Origin: Okamejei kenojei
Taxonomy: Eukaryota
Direction: 5' to 3'
Length of the DNA: 64,000 nt
NCBI GenBank assembly: GCA_035221665.1
Contig: CM069136.1
Location: 56,544,001-56,608,000 of the forward strand
Shown here: positions 63,281 through 64,000 of the stretch, piece after piece
Layout: each line of letters starts with the position of its first letter
Numbering within the stretch: position 1 is the stretch's first letter
The notes under the pieces: generated by a model
Seen by the model: the letters and a program-made list of their open reading frames with translations, nothing else
The model's database searches: none
What the model was told of the DNA's origin: nothing
Program-made: the position numbers and the translations under genes

Positions 63281-64000
63281 ATTAATTGATTTAAAAAGAG
63301 AGAATTAAAAGGTTTTGGCCCTTTTGAGAATAAAATAATGAAATAATGGCACATAATTTTGAAATATTATTTGTATTTGGAGAATCCATAATTTATGCAA
63401 GCATAATAATGTTTTTCTGCCCAGTCATAAGTCGATATGGCAAATCTACCTCATCTTTCTATCAATGTCTCAGAGTGGATCCATTTTCTTAGCTTGTCCA
63501 GTCCTTGTATTTATTGCCCGATGTGTTCTGGTGAAGGCATATGCTTTTGAATTCTGGTTACCATAAATTAGGGACAGGGACTGCCTGAAAAAGGCTTGAA
63601 TTCAGCCTCAGTGCTAGAAGTTAAGCTAAACTATTTATGAATGGGTAGTTGAATAAAATACCCTTAAGTGAATTAATGCTGTTACCAAAGTGCTTGCAGC
63701 AAAGAATAAAATGATAAGCTGATAAGATTAGGTAAAGTGGAGTGAATCGTCATACGGAGGATGAATAACAGATTAGACCTTAATACAATCTGAAAAGTCT
63801 ATCGAATTGAAAGTAATTATGTACTTCGTCATAAACTAATGTGACTGTCTGCAAGAGAGAAGTGTAACCAACAAAATCAAAACTTGGTGCCATTTCATAA
63901 ATTCTGAGGAAACTAAGAAGTCCTGATGCATGAAGGAATATAATTTTGCATTGGGTTCGAAGGGTACATGTAAACGTTAAAGCATTGAGCTAATCAAGAA

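Overview
Eukaryotic, AT-rich, repeat-dense intronic DNA, inferred to be from a cartilaginous fish (skate/ray-like) because of its HE1-type V-SINEs, CR1 LINEs and Penelope-like repeats. The + strand carries eight consecutive coding exons of MAP4K4 (equivalent to human exons 4-11, most of the Ste20/GCK-IV kinase domain), all with GT-AG boundaries and compatible phases. I did not find exons 1-3 or 12 onward. The introns hold many mobile elements: a gag-deleted Ty3/Gypsy with its 5' LTR and tRNA-Leu PBS, two young CR1 subfamilies, a decayed Penelope-like element (RT + GIY-YIG), a near-complete DIRS1-type retrotransposon (gag, RT/RNaseH, methyltransferase, YR, inverted repeats), a full-length Tc1 (DD34E), HERO and Rex1/Babar fragments, MITEs and nested insertions. 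The most interesting signals are RNA-structural: (i) a dispersed family of ~200-bp fold-back repeats with hammerhead-ribozyme cores and their own 11-15 bp TSDs; (ii) a hammerhead-like motif in a HERO 3'UTR with its strands in a non-circularly-permuted order; (iii) a 28-bp TIR-only palindrome with an apparent 8-bp TSD. TE family names come from motif recognition, not database searches.
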